From Thecamonas trahens ATCC 50062 (Eukaryota > Protista > Apusomonadida), in NCBI RefSeq assembly GCF_000142905.1, contig NW_013657635.1, forward strand, positions 251,966-310,545: a stretch of 58,580 bases of DNA. The letters are read 5' to 3'. Position numbers and translations under genes: made by a program. Of this stretch, positions 32,567-46,100 are shown piece after piece. Below the pieces are notes generated by a model that saw only the letters and a program-made list of their open reading frames with translations, did no database searches and had not been told where the DNA came from. The first letter of the stretch is position 1. Each line of letters starts with the position of its first letter.

Positions 32567-35351
32567 TTACAGGTCGCCGTACGAGTACGCCGAGTACTCG
32601 GACGACGAGGCCGACGACGACGACGACGACGACGAAAAGTGAACCGAGTCGGCGCGCGGTCTTGTGCCGCAGAGTGCCGGCGCCGACGAGGCGTCGATCA
32701 GGGTGGGCGGAGGCGGCTTGGGTGGCGGGGCGCGGGAGCGGGCCTGCAGCGCCTGGCGGTGCGGAAAGGTGACGTCTGTGACGGTGACGATGGGCTTGGC
32801 CGGGGCGGCGGGTGCGGGTGCGGGGCGGAGCGGCGAGGCGTGCGGTGGCGGACGCGGCTGCTTGACCTCGAATGAGAGAACGTCTGTAAGGTGGGAGCCG
32901 TTGCGGATGGCGACGACAAAGACGCCGTGGGTGTAAAAGGCGACGTCGAGGTTCCAGACGCCGGCGCCTGTCGGGGCCGGGGCGACGTGAAGGACAAGCG
33001 GCGGCGGGTCGAGGCCAATGGGCGCGGCGCCATTAAACGACTTGAGCTGGGCGTGGACTGAGCCGCCGTCGTCAAGGGCGACCGATGACGGCGAGATGGC
33101 CTGAACAGCGACAAGCGCCTTGGCGAGGGCGGGGCGCGCAGGGTGAGGAGCGCGCGGCAGCGAGTCGAGTGCCTCGCGGCGGACCCGGAGCGGGTTGCGG
33201 CGCGAGGCAAGGAGGATGGACTCGGGCGTGGCAAGGAGCGAGCGCGGGACTGGGGCGAGGGTCGAGCCCTGGCGCTCGCGCGAGAGGGAGGCGATGGAGG
33301 CGATGGAGAGCGACGGCGAGTTGGCCGACAGCGTTGAGCCGGCGAGAGGCATGGAGACGGTGGCTGAGGCTGTGGACGAGAGGAAGACGCCGTGGAAGAA
33401 CTCGCCCTCGAGGACGGCAAACTTGGCGCTCGGCAAGGCGTACGACTGGCGGCCCTGCCCGTGGCGCTCGCCCTCGAACCACGCGCCGTCGTACTGGTCG
33501 CCGTTGGCCTGGATGAGGGTGCCCTGGCCGTGGCGCTCCCCGCAGCGGAGCGCGCCCATGTAGATGGAGCCGTCGGCGTAGTAAAAGTGCGCGGCCGGGC
33601 GGGTGGCAAGCCCCTCGGGCGTTGGATCCGGGAGCGGCTCGTCTGGGCCGACAGTCAGGGCGAGGGCGTCTGCGATGGCACGCCGGAGGGCGGCGATCCA
33701 TGTGGCCTTGGCGTCCACCGAGTCGACGTAGACAAAGAGTGAGGCCTCGCAGGTGTAGAGCTCAAACGAGAGGCTGTTGGCGGTCTGCGGGTCGAGGTCG
33801 CGGAGGTCCTCGACCCATGTGGTGACTAGCGGAAAGACGTATACGACGTCCATGGGCTTTTTCTTGGACTCTTGGTAGCCGACGAGGAGCACGTCGGAGC
33901 AGAGGACGCCGTAGAAGAGGAGCGGAGCGAGACTGGCGAGAGCGCGGCCTTGGCGATAAAAGTGCGGCCGGGCGCAAAAAGTGCGGGACGCCTGCGCGCT
34001 TGAGCGCCTCGGCGTCGCCGATGGACGACAGCGCCGAGTTGATGTTCGACGCCACCTTGGTGATGGAGGCGAGCGCAGCCGAGACCGGGCCGACATCAAG
34101 GTGCTGCTTCGGCGTGGCCTTGAGCAAGTCAGCTAGCAAGAGCCGGTACCGCGGAATGCGCTGGACCGGGAGAATGACGAGGGCGCGAAAGTTGGAGCCG
34201 CCGTGGTAGCGGCACGACTGCAGGTCAAAGGCGAAGAACTGCGGCGATGTCTTTTCAGCAGCGGCGAGGACCGAGAGCGCGAGCTCGGTGGCGGCGCAGT
34301 ACTTGGAGTATGCCGAGAAGAGCGGAACGGCCGAGACAAAGAGGTCGCCAAGAGTGGACGACGCCGACCAGTGCGTGATCCGCGCCTCGATGTCGTCGAG
34401 TAGCGCGAGATGGCCGCGGAGGAGGAGTTCAAGGTTAGCCGCCATGAGGCGGAGCTGGGTGGCGGGGATCATCTCCGGGAGCGCGTACGGGAGCGCCGGC
34501 GAGTCGCCTGCGCTCGCGTCGGCCGCCGCTAGAAGCGGGCCGTAGAGCTCCTGCGCGAGGACGGTAAGCCCGTTGACATATGTCACCTCGGTGGTGTAGA
34601 GCTCAAACGCGATGTTGTCGCGCTTGCAGATGGGCGACGGCAGCGGCAGCGGCTCGCGGACCTTTGCACGGACAACTTGGTAGTACGAGGTGTTCTTGAA
34701 GCGAAAGGCACCGGCCTCGGGCAGCGCCACGTGCAGGATCGAGTGCGAGAGCCAGTCGAGAAGCCGGACCGACATCTTGCCGAGGACGAGCCGAGTCTCA
34801 GTCGCCTCGCTGTGGTCGTCTGCCACCACAAGCTCTCCAAACGGGAGCACCACGTGGCCCACAAAGGTCGGCGGCGCCGACCCGCCATAGCCCCACAAGG
34901 TGAGCGCGATGCCGTCGCTTGCGCTGCCATCACCATCCTCAGCGAGCTGCTCGCCCTTGATGAGGGCAACGGCTGCAGCGTGCGGAAGCTCAAACTCAAG
35001 ATCGGCGCCGACGTCATGGGGTGTCCAGCTGAGTCCGAGGCCGTCGTCGAGAGGTGTCCCAAGCTGGACTTGAGTGACTGCGCGTGAGGAGCCGACGACG
35101 GTCTCGACGAAGGCGCCAGCGGGAATGTCGTCGAGCGATGTAGCCCCAAGCAGCCGGATACGGCAGCGCGCAGCGCGCGGGGTGGCGTAGGCAGAGACGG
35201 AGAGCGATGCGCGGACAGGCCTCGAGCGCAGCATGGTGTCTCGCCATGGCGGCGGCTTGGCAGCGGCCGACGTCAGAGTCCTGCCCTTGGTCGACGTCCG
35301 TCTGCGCGCTGGGTGGACGTCGAGCTCGACCACGGGGGAAGGGCTGTCCAT
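32567..35351 (-). CDS. Rho GEF: C2-like, DH, PH and MORN repeats; frame break(s) at ~33955-33980
   Basis: DH RDNIAFELYTTEVTYVNGL...LVILPVQRIPRYRLLLADLLKATP; restored PH start PGRTFIRQG; MORN YADGSIYMG..RHGQGTLIQANGDQYDGAWFEGERHGQG. Confidence 0.88.
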
Positions 35352-35779
35352 GGAGGGCGGGGAGGGAGGGGGGGCGGGGAGGGCGGGGAGGGAGGGAGGG
35401 TGGTGTGGTGGTGTGGTGTGGTGTGGTGATGCGGAGGAGTCGTGGCAATGGCATGACATAGGGCGACATGCTGATCATGATCGCCGTCGCGATCACGATC
35501 ACGATCGCACCGCGCCCTCTTCCTCCACCGCCGGCACTTTCGCCACCACCGGTACCCTCCCGTACACTCCACCCCTTCTCTCCTCCCCCCCCTCCCCCCT
35601 CCCCGACCACCCCCCTCACCACCCCTCACCATAGCCCCACCCAACCCCCATCTCCCCCACCCCACCCTACATCCCCAACCGAGTCACTCGCCACCGCGAC
35701 CGGAGGTGATCAATCCCGCAAAGCAGCAGCAGCAGTAGCAGCAAGCCCCTCCCCCTCCCCTCTCCCCTTGTCTTGCCCC

Positions 35780-38700
35780 ATGCCCGGAGCCCCCCCGCCT
35801 GGACTGGGACATGGCGGCCCGCCGCATGGTGCTGGCAGCAAGGCGCAGAAGCTGGATGCTGGAGTAGAGGCCAAGATGAAGAAGTGGCGGGCGCTGAACA
35901 AGAAGCGGTACGCGGACAAGCGCAAGTTTAGCTACCAGGCGCCCGAGAAGGCGCCGTTCCCGCCGGAGCATCTGCGCAAGGTGGTACGCGACCACGGCGA
36001 CTTGTCGAACAAGCGGTACTCGCGGGAGAAGCGGCTGTTCCTCGGCGCGCTCAAGTACCTGCCGCACGCGGTGTACAAGTTGCTGGAGAACATGCCGTTC
36101 CCGTGGGAGTCTGTCCGCGAGGTCAAGGTCCTCTACCACGTCACGGGCGCCATTACGTTTGTCAACGAGACGCCGCGAGTCATCGAGCCAGTCTTTGCCG
36201 CGCAGTGGGGCACGATGTGGGTGATGATGCGCCACGAGAAGCGCGACCGCGCCCACTTTAAGCGGCTTCGCTTCCCGCCGTTTGACGATGAAGAGCCGCC
36301 GATCGACTACTCGGACTCAATTCTTGATGTTCTTCCGCTCGATCCCATTGCGATGGAGCTGGATCCGCTGGAGGACGCGCCGGTGTACGATTGGTTCTAC
36401 GACCCGCGCCCACTTGCGGCGTCGGCGCACGTCAACGGGCCGTCGTACAAAAAGTGGAGCTCCCGCTGGACATCATGGCCACGCTCCATCGGCTCGCGTC
36501 GCAGCTGCTCTCGGACGTGACCGACCCGAACTATGGGTATCTCTTCGACCTGCCGTCGTTTGTGACCTCCAAGTCGCTCTCGGCTGTCTTGCCGGGCGGG
36601 CCCAAGTTTGAGCCGCTGTTCAACGATGACGACGCCGCCGACGAGGACTGGAACGAGTTCAACGACCTGCACAAGATCATTATTCGGCGCAACATGCGCA
36701 ACGACTACCGGGTCGCCTTTCCGCACGTGTACAACTCGCGCCCGAGGGCCATCGCCTTTCCGGCCTACCACTACCCAGCCTCGGTCTACGTGCCGCCAAC
36801 GGACCCAGACCTCCCGGCGTTTACCTACGACGCGGCGTACCACGTTATTCCGCCTGCGCGCGAGAACGGGAGCGCGGCAGCGGCCGCCGGCCTCTTTGGT
36901 GCCTCGGATCCTGAGGCGTGGGATGAGGACGACGCTGAGGCCGAAGCGCTTCTTACTGGCACCTTTGCACCAGCCGGGTGCTCAGTGGCACCGCTCCCTC
37001 TCGCGGCCGCGCTCAGTGACCTGCCGGTCGAGCCGGAGGCGACTGCGGACGCGCTGCGGCTCTACTGGGCGCCGCCGCCGTTCTCGACCCGCGCCGGGCG
37101 GACGAAGCGGGCGCTCGACGTGCCGCTCGTCTCGTCGTGGTTCAAGGAGCGGCTGAGCTCGTCCAAGTCTGTCGCCATTCGTGTCTCTTACCAAAAGCTG
37201 CTCAAGGCCTGGGTCTCGAACGCCATTGCCACGGCCAAGGCGCGTGTGCTCGACGCGAACAAGGCGGCGGCGGCGGCGGAAGCCGGCGAGGACGAGGCGA
37301 GTGGCAGCGCGAGCGCAGCGCCGGGCTCGGGCGTCTCCAAAAAGGGACTCTTTCCAACGCTCGCCAAGACCAAGTTCTTCCAGACGACCTCGCTCGACTG
37401 GGTGGAGGCCGGGCTCCAGATTGTGCGGCAGGGCTACAACGCGCTCAACCTGCTCATCCACCGTAAGGGCTGCCGCTACCTGCACCTCGACTACAACTTT
37501 ACGCTCAAGCCGGTCAAGACGCTGACAACCAAGGAGCGCAAAAGTCACGGTTCGGCAACGCGTTCCATCTCTGTCGCGAGCTGCTCAAGTTTACCAAGCT
37601 CGTGGTGGACACGCACGTCTCGTACCGCATCCGCAACATCGACGCGTTCCAGCTCGCCGACGGCCTCCACCACCTCTTTGCCAATGTGGGGCACTTGACG
37701 GGCATGTACCGGTACAAGTACCGGGTGATGAAGCAGATTCGCGAGACCAAGGCGCTCCGCAACGTCATCTACTCGCGGTTCAACACCGGAGCAGTGGGCG
37801 CCGGACCGGGAGTCGGCTTTTGGCTCCCGTCGTGGCGGGTGTGGTGCTTCTTCCTCCGCGGCGTCATTCCACTCCTCGAGCGGTGGCTCGGCAACCTGCT
37901 CGCTCGCCAGTTTGAGGGCCGCGTCAACTCGGCGAGCGTGACGCGAACCATCTCCAAGCAGCGAGTCGAGTCGCACTTTGACCTTGAGCTGCGGGCTGCG
38001 GTCATGCACGACCTGCTCGACATGATGCCTGCCGGCGTGCAGGCGTCCAAGACGCACGTGGTGATGCAGCACCTGTCCGAGGCATGGCGGGCATGGAAGG
38101 CCAACATCCCGTGGAAGGTGCCCGGCATGCCCGCGCCTATCGAGGCCATGATTCTTCGGTACGTCAAGGCCAAGGCCGACTGGTGGACCAAGGTGGCGCA
38201 CTACAACCGCGAGCGGATCAACCGCGGCGCGCCAGTGGACAAGATTGTGGCCAAGAAGAACCTTGGGCGGCTGACACGGCTGTACCTCAAGGCCGAGCAG
38301 GAGCGCCAGCACAACTACCTCAAGGACGGGCCGTACATCTCTCAGGCCGAGGCCGTCGCGCTGTACACCACCATGGTCCAGTGGCTGGCGCGGCGCAAGT
38401 TTGCGCCCATTCCGTTCCCGCCGCTCTCGTACAAGCACGACACCAAGCTTCTCATTCTCGCGCTCGAGCGGCTCAAGGAGAACTACTCGGTCAAGGCGCG
38501 GCTCAACGCGTCGCAGCGCGAGGAGCTCGGGCTCATCGAGCAGGCGTACGACAACCCACACGAGGCGCTCTCCCGGATCAAGCGGCACCTACTCTCGCTG
38601 CGGGCGTTCAAGGAGGTCGGCCTGAGGTTCATGGACATGTACACACATCTGCTGCCTATCTACGACATCGAGCCGCTGGAGAAGATTACCGACTCGTATC

Positions 38701-41700
38701 TGGACCAGTACCTCTGGTACGAGGCCGACAAGCGGGGTCTCTTCCCCAACTGGATCAAGCCGGCCGACTCGGAGCCGCTGCCTGTGCTTGTGTACAAGTT
38801 TGCGTCGGGCATCAACAACTTGACCGGCGGGTGGGAGACGGCGGACGGCGCGTCGCTGGTGGTGCTCGAGTCCAAGTTTGAGCGGATGTTTGAAAAGGTG
38901 GACCTCAACCTGCTCAACAAGCTCCTCCGGCTTGTCCTCGACCACAACCTGGCGGACTACATGACGGCTAAGAACAATGTGAATCTGGCGTTCAAGGACA
39001 TGACACACGTCAACTCGTACGGCGTGATCCGCGGCCTGCAGTTTGCGCCATTCCTCGGAGCCTTTTATGGCCTTCTCCTCGACCTCTGCGTCCTCGGACT
39101 CAACCGGGCTGAGGAGATTGTGGGTCCGCTCGCGGCGCCGCACGACTACCTCTCGTTTGGCGGCAACACGTTCCTGGAGACCAAGCACCCGATCCGGGCG
39201 TACACTCGGATTGTGGACAAGATCTACGTGGTCCTCGCCTTTACCGGCGAGCAGTCGAGTGAGCTCATCCAGCGGTATCTGACGCAGCACCCGGACCCGA
39301 ACAACGAGAACATGGTCGGGTACAACAACAAGCGAGTGTGGCCGGCGGACGCACGGATGCGGCTCAAGAAGCACGACGTCAACCTCGGGCGGGCCGTGTT
39401 CTGGGAGTTCAAAGGCCGGCTTCCGCGGTCGGTGACGACCCTCGAGTGGGACGACTCGTTTGTGTCGGTCTACTCGGGCGATAACCCGAACTTGCTCTTT
39501 GCCATGGGCGGCTTTGAGGTGCGGCTGCTGCCCAAGGTGCGTGCGCCCAAGGGCGAGCTTGTCCAGCACGACGGGGTGTGGTCGCTGCAGAACGCGGCGT
39601 CGAAGGAGATCACGGCGCAAGCGTTCCTCATGGTCGACGAGGAGTCGGTGACAGCCTTCCGCAACCGGGTGAGGCAAGTGCTGGTCAACTCGGGCGCGAC
39701 GACGTTTGCCAAGGTGGCAAACAAGTGGAACACAGCGGTGGTGGGCCTCATGACGTACTTCCGCGAGGCGGTGATCAACACGCCGGCGCTGCTCGACGTG
39801 CTGGTCAAGTGCGAGGCGCAGGTCCAGACGAGGATCAAGATCGGGCTCAACTCGAAGATGCCGACGAGGTTCCCGGTCCAGGTCTTCTACACGCCGAAGG
39901 AGCTCGGCGGGCTCGGCATGCTCTCGATGGGCCACATCCTCATTCCGGCGTCGGACCTCCGGTGGTCGCGGCAGACAGAGACCGGCGGCATCACACACTT
40001 TCGGGCCGGGCTCGACTCGGCCAAGTCGAACCCCGACGAGCGGCGGATTCCCAACCTTTACCGCTACATCCAGCCGTGGGAGTCTGAGATCCGCGACTCG
40101 GTCCGGGTGTGGGCCGAGTACGCACTCAAGCGGGCTGACGCGATTGCGCAGAACCGGCGGATCACGCTCGAGGATCTCGAAGACTCGTGGGACCGCGGCA
40201 TTCCGCGGATCAACACGCTCTTCCAGCGCGACCGGCACACGCTCGCGTTCGACAAGGGCTGGCGGGCGCGGGCGTTCTACAAGCGGTTCCAGATCCTGCG
40301 GTCGAACCCGTTCTGGTGGACCAACTCGCGGCACGACGGCAAGCTGTGGTACCTCAACAACTACCGGACCGACGTGATCCAGGCGCTCGGCGGTGTAGAA
40401 GCCATCCTCGCGCACACGCTCTTTGCGGCAACGTACTTTCCGACGTGGGAGGGCCTGTTCTGGGAGAAGTCATCTGGCTTTGAGGAGTCGATGAAGTACA
40501 AGCGGCTGACGGTGGCGCAGCGTGGCGGACTGACCAAGGTGCCGAACCGGCGGTTTGCGCTCTGGTGGTCGCCGACCATCAACCGGGCCAACGTGTACGT
40601 AGGCTACGCGGTGCAGCTCGACCTGACAGGCATCACGCTGCAGGGCAAGATCCCGACGCTCAAGATTTCGCTCATCTCGCTCTTCCGGGCGCATCTGTGG
40701 CAGAAGATTCACCAGTCGCTGGTGGTTGACCTGCTGCAGGTCTTTGACCAGGAGATGAACTCGCTGGAGATCGAGACTGTGCAGAAGGAGACCATCCACC
40801 CGCGCAAGAGCTACAAGCTCAACTCGTCGTGCTCAGACATCCTCCTCTTTGCGGCGTACAAGTGGCCGATCTCCAAGCCGTCGCTCCTCTCGCAGCTGAC
40901 GGACGTGTACGATGACATCGAGTCGGGCAAGTACTGGCTCGATGTCCAGCTCCGGTGGGGCGACTACGACCGGCATGACATTGAGCGGTACGTGCGGGCC
41001 AAGTTCCTCGACTACACTATGGACGACGTCTCGATCTACCCGTCGCCGACCGGGGTCCTCCTCGGCGTCGACCTCGCGTACAACTTCCACTCGGGCTACG
41101 GCAACTGGTTCCCGGGCGTCAAGCCGCTGGTGACGCAGGCGATGGCCAAGATCATGAAGGCCAACCCGGCGCTGTACGTCCTCCGCGAGCGTGTCCGCAA
41201 GTCGCTCCAGCTGTACTCGTCAGAGCCGACCGAGGCGTACCTCAACTCGCAGAACTACGGCGAGCTGTTCTCGGACCAGGTCATCTGGTTTGTGGACGAC
41301 ACCAACGTGTACCGGGTCACTGTCCACCGCACGTTCGAAGGCAACATCACGACCAAGCCCATCAACGGCGCCATCGTCATCTTCAACCCGCGGACCGGCC
41401 AGCTCTATCTCAAGGTCATCCACACCTCGGTGTGGGCCGGACAGAAGCGGCTCTCGCAGCTCGCGCGGTGGAAGACCGCCGAAGAGGTGGCGGCGCTCAT
41501 TCGGTCGCTGCCCGTGGAAGAGCAGCCGCGGCAAGTCATTGCCACCAAGAAGGGCCTGCTCGACCCGCTCGAGGTCCACCTGCTCGACTTTCCAACATCG
41601 TCATCAAGGGCTCGGACCTCACGCTCCCGTTCCAGGCCGCGCTCAAGATGGAGAAGTTCGGCGACCTCATTCTTCAGGCAACCGAGCCCAAGATGTGCCT

Positions 41701-43045
41701 GTTCAACCTGTACGACGACTGGCTCTCGTCGGTCTCGTCGTACACGGCGTTCTCGCGGCTCATTCTCATTCTCCGGGCGCTGCACGTCAACCCGGAGCGG
41801 GCCAAGATTATTCTCCGGCCGTCGCGGTCAGTGACGACCAAGGACAACCATGTTTGGCCGACGCTCACCGATGAGGAGTGGATCCAGGTGGAGGACCCGC
41901 TCAAGAACCTCATTCTCGCCGATTACGGAACCAAGCACGGCATCAACGTGGCGTCGCTGACGCAGTCGGAGATCCGCGACATCATTCTGGGCATGGACAT
42001 TGCGCCGCCGTCGGACGCGCGGGCCGAGGAGCTTGCCGCGCTCGACGAGTCGACGCCTGCCGGTGCCGGCCCGGCGACCGCGGTCACCACCCGAACGGTC
42101 AACGCACTCGGCGAAGAGATGAATGTGACAAGCACAACCGGATTCGAGCAGGACACGTTTGCGTCGCGGACCGATTGGCGGGTCCGGGCCATCGCCGCCG
42201 CCAACCTTCACCTACGCACCTCGAACGTGTTTGTCAACTCGCCGCAGCTCGCCGGCTCGCAGCTCACGTACGTGTTCCCCAAGAATCTGCTCAAGCACTT
42301 TGTGCGTGTCGCCGACCTGCGGACCCAGGTGGCAGCTTTCCTCTACGGCGGCTCGCCGGCCGACAACGACGCAGTCAAGGAGGTCCGCGCACTTGTCCTC
42401 GTCCCGCAGTGGGGAACTCACGCGGCGGTCACCGTCCCGCACGCGCTTCCGCTCTCGGCGCACCTCGACGGCCTCGAGCCGCTCGGCTGGATGCACACCA
42501 TGGGCGAGGAGCGCCCAGCGCTCGGCCACGGCGATGTCATCGCGCACGCGCACATGACCGCGCGGTCGGTCAAGCAGGCAGCGCAGCAAGCGGCCGAGCA
42601 CCCCGAGGGCGGGCCTGGCCTTGTCTCGACGGCGTGGGATCCAGCGACGGCGTTGGTGGTGACTCTCGCACTCACGCCGGGATCGGTCTCGCTCACAGCG
42701 TACTCGGTCTCCGAGGCTGGGCACGAGTGGGGCGCGTCGCTGCCTGAGGAGGCGCGGACAGCCGCCGACGCACCGCCCGGCTTTATGCCGAGCTTTGCTT
42801 CGCGCGGACAGATGCTGCTCTCGGACCGGTTCCTTGGCTTTTGCATGGTGCCGTCACCCGGCAGCTGGAACTACAACTTTATGGGCGTGAAGCACACCAA
42901 GCACATGTCGTACGGTCTCAAGCTCGGCAACCCGCTCCCGTTCTACGACGAGCGGCACCGGCCGTCGCACTTTATCAACTTTGCCATCGGCGGCGACGCT
43001 GCTGGCGGCATCGAGGACGTCGACGCCGAGGACGTGTTTGCGTGA
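35780..43045 (+). CDS. PRP8: Pre-mRNA splicing factor Prp8, full length, no introns; three frame breaks (~36455, ~37541, ~41592)
   Basis: [45 protein letters not shown], RNase H-like DDTNVYRV and Jab1/[12 protein letters not shown] are all present. Adding one base at each break gives [22 protein letters not shown] and LLDFPNIVIKGS. Confidence 0.98.
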
Positions 43046-43141
43046 TTGTAAATGGGTACACAACCTCTCGGCCGGCAGCAGAGAGGACATGATGGTGATG
43101 GCGTGGACGCGGCAGCAGTCGCGGTAACAGTTGGGCAGGAT

Positions 43142-46100
43142 TTAGTTGAGGCTGCCGCGGCAGGTGGCAGCGCCGCAAAGGCAGGGGATCTTGTCGTCCT
43201 CACGGGGGAACTTGTAGTCAAAGGTGACTTCCTCGCCGGCAAAGATCTTGCGGCGGGCGTAGATGACGATGCGCGGCTGGCCGTCGAGCGTGACGATCTT
43301 GGCGACGGCCGACGGGTCGCATGAGTGGTTGATGAAGCGGGCAACCGAGCCCTTGAAGGTGGCGTCAATGACGTGGTCCTTGTTGATGCGGAAGAGATAG
43401 GACGAGCCGATGCCGCGCTTCTCGTAGTCGGCCTCGCGGACTTCGGCGACAAGGGCCGGAATGACTTCGCCGACGTACTCGATAATAAACCCGCCCTCCT
43501 CGATGTCCTCCTCCGAGAAGAGACCGTACGAGTGGATGAAGGAGCGGTCGAAGCGAAGTCGCCGTTTGCGAGTAGTGAGAGTGTCGACGCCGAGACCAAA
43601 GTCAGACGGGCGGACGCCAAGGGTCGACTCGAGCGCGTGGACCATGTGGCGGGCCTTGGACCGGTTCGACCGGGTTGTGTTGCCGCCCTTCACGCCGGCA
43701 GCCGCGGCTTCTGCCGCCCCGGCAGCGGCGGCAGCCTCCAGGCGCTTGGGACCGGCGGCATCGCCCTGTCCGGACGCGGCCGCCGACCGAGGCATGTAGA
43801 TGGCGCTCTTGTCTTTGGGACCTTCCGACTTGACGTAGCCTGCCGAGCGGGCACAGCCGCCGGGTGGTGGCGGCAGGTCGACGATCTCGGGCTGGGAAAC
43901 CCGGTCTGTCGCCGCGGCATTGAGCACCGAGTCGACGTCGAACACGGCCGCAAGCTCGGGCCCACAACTCGCCATGTACGCGGCGAGGTAGCGAGTGTCC
44001 TCGGCGTCGAGGGCGCCAAAGACGGGCAAGCGGGCACGGACGGCAGAGCCAGCGGCGACTGCGCCAGCGTCGGGGCCGTCGACAGGGACAGGAGACATGC
44101 GTTCGACGCCGTGGACGCGCTTGCGCTTGCGCTTGCGCTTGCGCGGGGGTTGGCAGGCGCAGTTGGCGCGGCGTCGCTCGGCTGGGACGGGGCGCCGGTG
44201 AGGTGCTTGGCACGCTTGACGGCCGGCTGCTCCTCATCTGTCTCGTAGCCCGAGTATGAGTACATCTCGACAAAGTCGTCGTTGACGATAAAGCCACCGA
44301 CGGTGTCATCGCGGCGGCGGTGGCGGCGCGAGGCCGAAGAGCGAGCGAGCGAGCGAGCCAGCTGCTTGAGGTCGGCCTCGGCGTCGCCCGAGTCGGACTC
44401 TGACCGGAGGACGCGGCGGCGCTTCTTGCGCGGGGCGACGGTGCTGGTGTGGTCGCCGATTTCGAGCGCATCGCCAGCGGTGGCCTTGCGCCAGCGCGAG
44501 GTGCCATCGTCCGAGTAGGAGCCCGACTCGTCGTCGTCGTCGGCATCCGAGTAGGAAGCAAACGAGGCGTCGCCCTCCGAGTCGGAGAGCGGGCCGTCAT
44601 CGAGGAAGCCCTCGAGGTCGTCATCGTCCTCATCGTTGCGGCGGGTGAGCTTGCGGGTGCGCTCGGCGGCAGCGGCGCGCTCGCGGAGGATGCGAGCGCG
44701 GCGGCGCTTGACGGCGGCGGCGCGGGCGTCGACCTCCTTTCGCTGCTCGTCAGTGAGCTGGACCTGGATGGAGGCAAGTGAGGCAATAGGCAGGACGTCG
44801 CGGGCATCTGATCCGTCGAGAGCTGGCGCGGGCATGGCCGAGAGCGCTGGCGCAGCTGGCGCGCGGGCCTTGGTCTCGGACTTTTGCTCGCGAGCCGCTG
44901 CTGCTTGTGATGGGCGTACCACGAGTTGACGTGGGCAATGACCGGCTTCTCAACGGTCTGGCGCATAACAGCCGACATGACCGAGGTGTGGAGCTTGGTC
45001 TTGAGCGCAGCCAGGAGGTCTGGGGCGTGCGGGAGCGGCGGGCGGCGGCGGACCGGAGCAAGGTCGAGCTCGCCGAGCTGAGCGTCGGGCGACTTCATGT
45101 AAGGCACAAACATGGTGTGGTCGGAAGTGTTGTTGGCGGAAATGAGCGCCATTGAGTCCTCGCGACGGGCGAGACCGACAACGACGTCACCGGCTGCGGT
45201 GAAGAAGAGCCGGGCACCCGAAGAGCTCTTATCGAGCGTCTCGACCATGTGCAGAAGCGGTGTGGACTGGCTCCATGACAGTGCGCGGAGAAAGAGCATG
45301 CGCGGCGGGAGCAGAGCGCGAGCTGGCGGCGCCGACGCCGTGGCTGAAGGGAGTGGAGCCACTTCCGCGTCGGACGACTCGTCCATTGCGGTGTCATCGT
45401 CGTCGGACGGCATGGTCGCAACGTGTTGCGGAGAGGCGCGGAGATCCGAGAGTGAAAGCGACGACGAGCCTGAGTCTGAGACCTCCCCGTCTTCGTCGCC
45501 CCCGAGCTCGTTATCGGCGAGTGGCGGTGGATGAGGTGGCGGTGCTGGGCCGGGCGGGAGCGGCGGAGCGGGGGTCTCTGGCAGCGGCGCCGAGTCGGGC
45601 GGGAGCGGCGGGGCTGGGCCGGGCGGGAGCGGCGGCGCGGCGCCGAGAATGGCGGCAATACGGTCCTGGATGCCGCTAGAAGGGAGCGGGGCTTGGCCTG
45701 GCGGGAGAGGCGGGCGCGAGGCGGTGCTAGCGACGGTAGAAAAGTGCGAGTCGGGACCGGCGACGAGCGAGTGGTCGAGGCCCCGAACCGGGGCATGGGC
45801 GTCATTGGCAGCGTTGACAACGCGGGTGGTAAAGGTGCCGGTCGGGTCGAGGACGACCGAGACGTCCGGAGAGTGAAGGAGCGGGGTGTGGCGGAACATG
45901 CGGACGGCGGCGTTGGCGCCAGAATGGTCGGCGTAGGTGACGACGGCAACACCGGAGAACGTTGTTGGGTCAGCGAGGTAGGGGATCATGTTGACGCGAA
46001 CAATGTCGCCGGCACGGGCCATGTTCTGGCCGATGGCAGCCTCGGCGGTGTCGTTGGGGAGGCCAGAGACGAGGACGTCCATGGCGGTGGCGGCAGAACG

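Noticed and set aside
40455-40495. Prp8 intein
   Set aside because: The classic insertion site reads [11 protein letters not shown] without interruption, and no intein-sized insert occurs anywhere in the gene.
36447-41596. A deterministic slippery motif (C AAA AAG or TTT CCA) explaining the frame breaks
   Set aside because: The same strings occur in frame with no shift at ~37338 (TCC AAA AAG GGA CTC TTT CCA ACG), and other breaks share no common heptamer.
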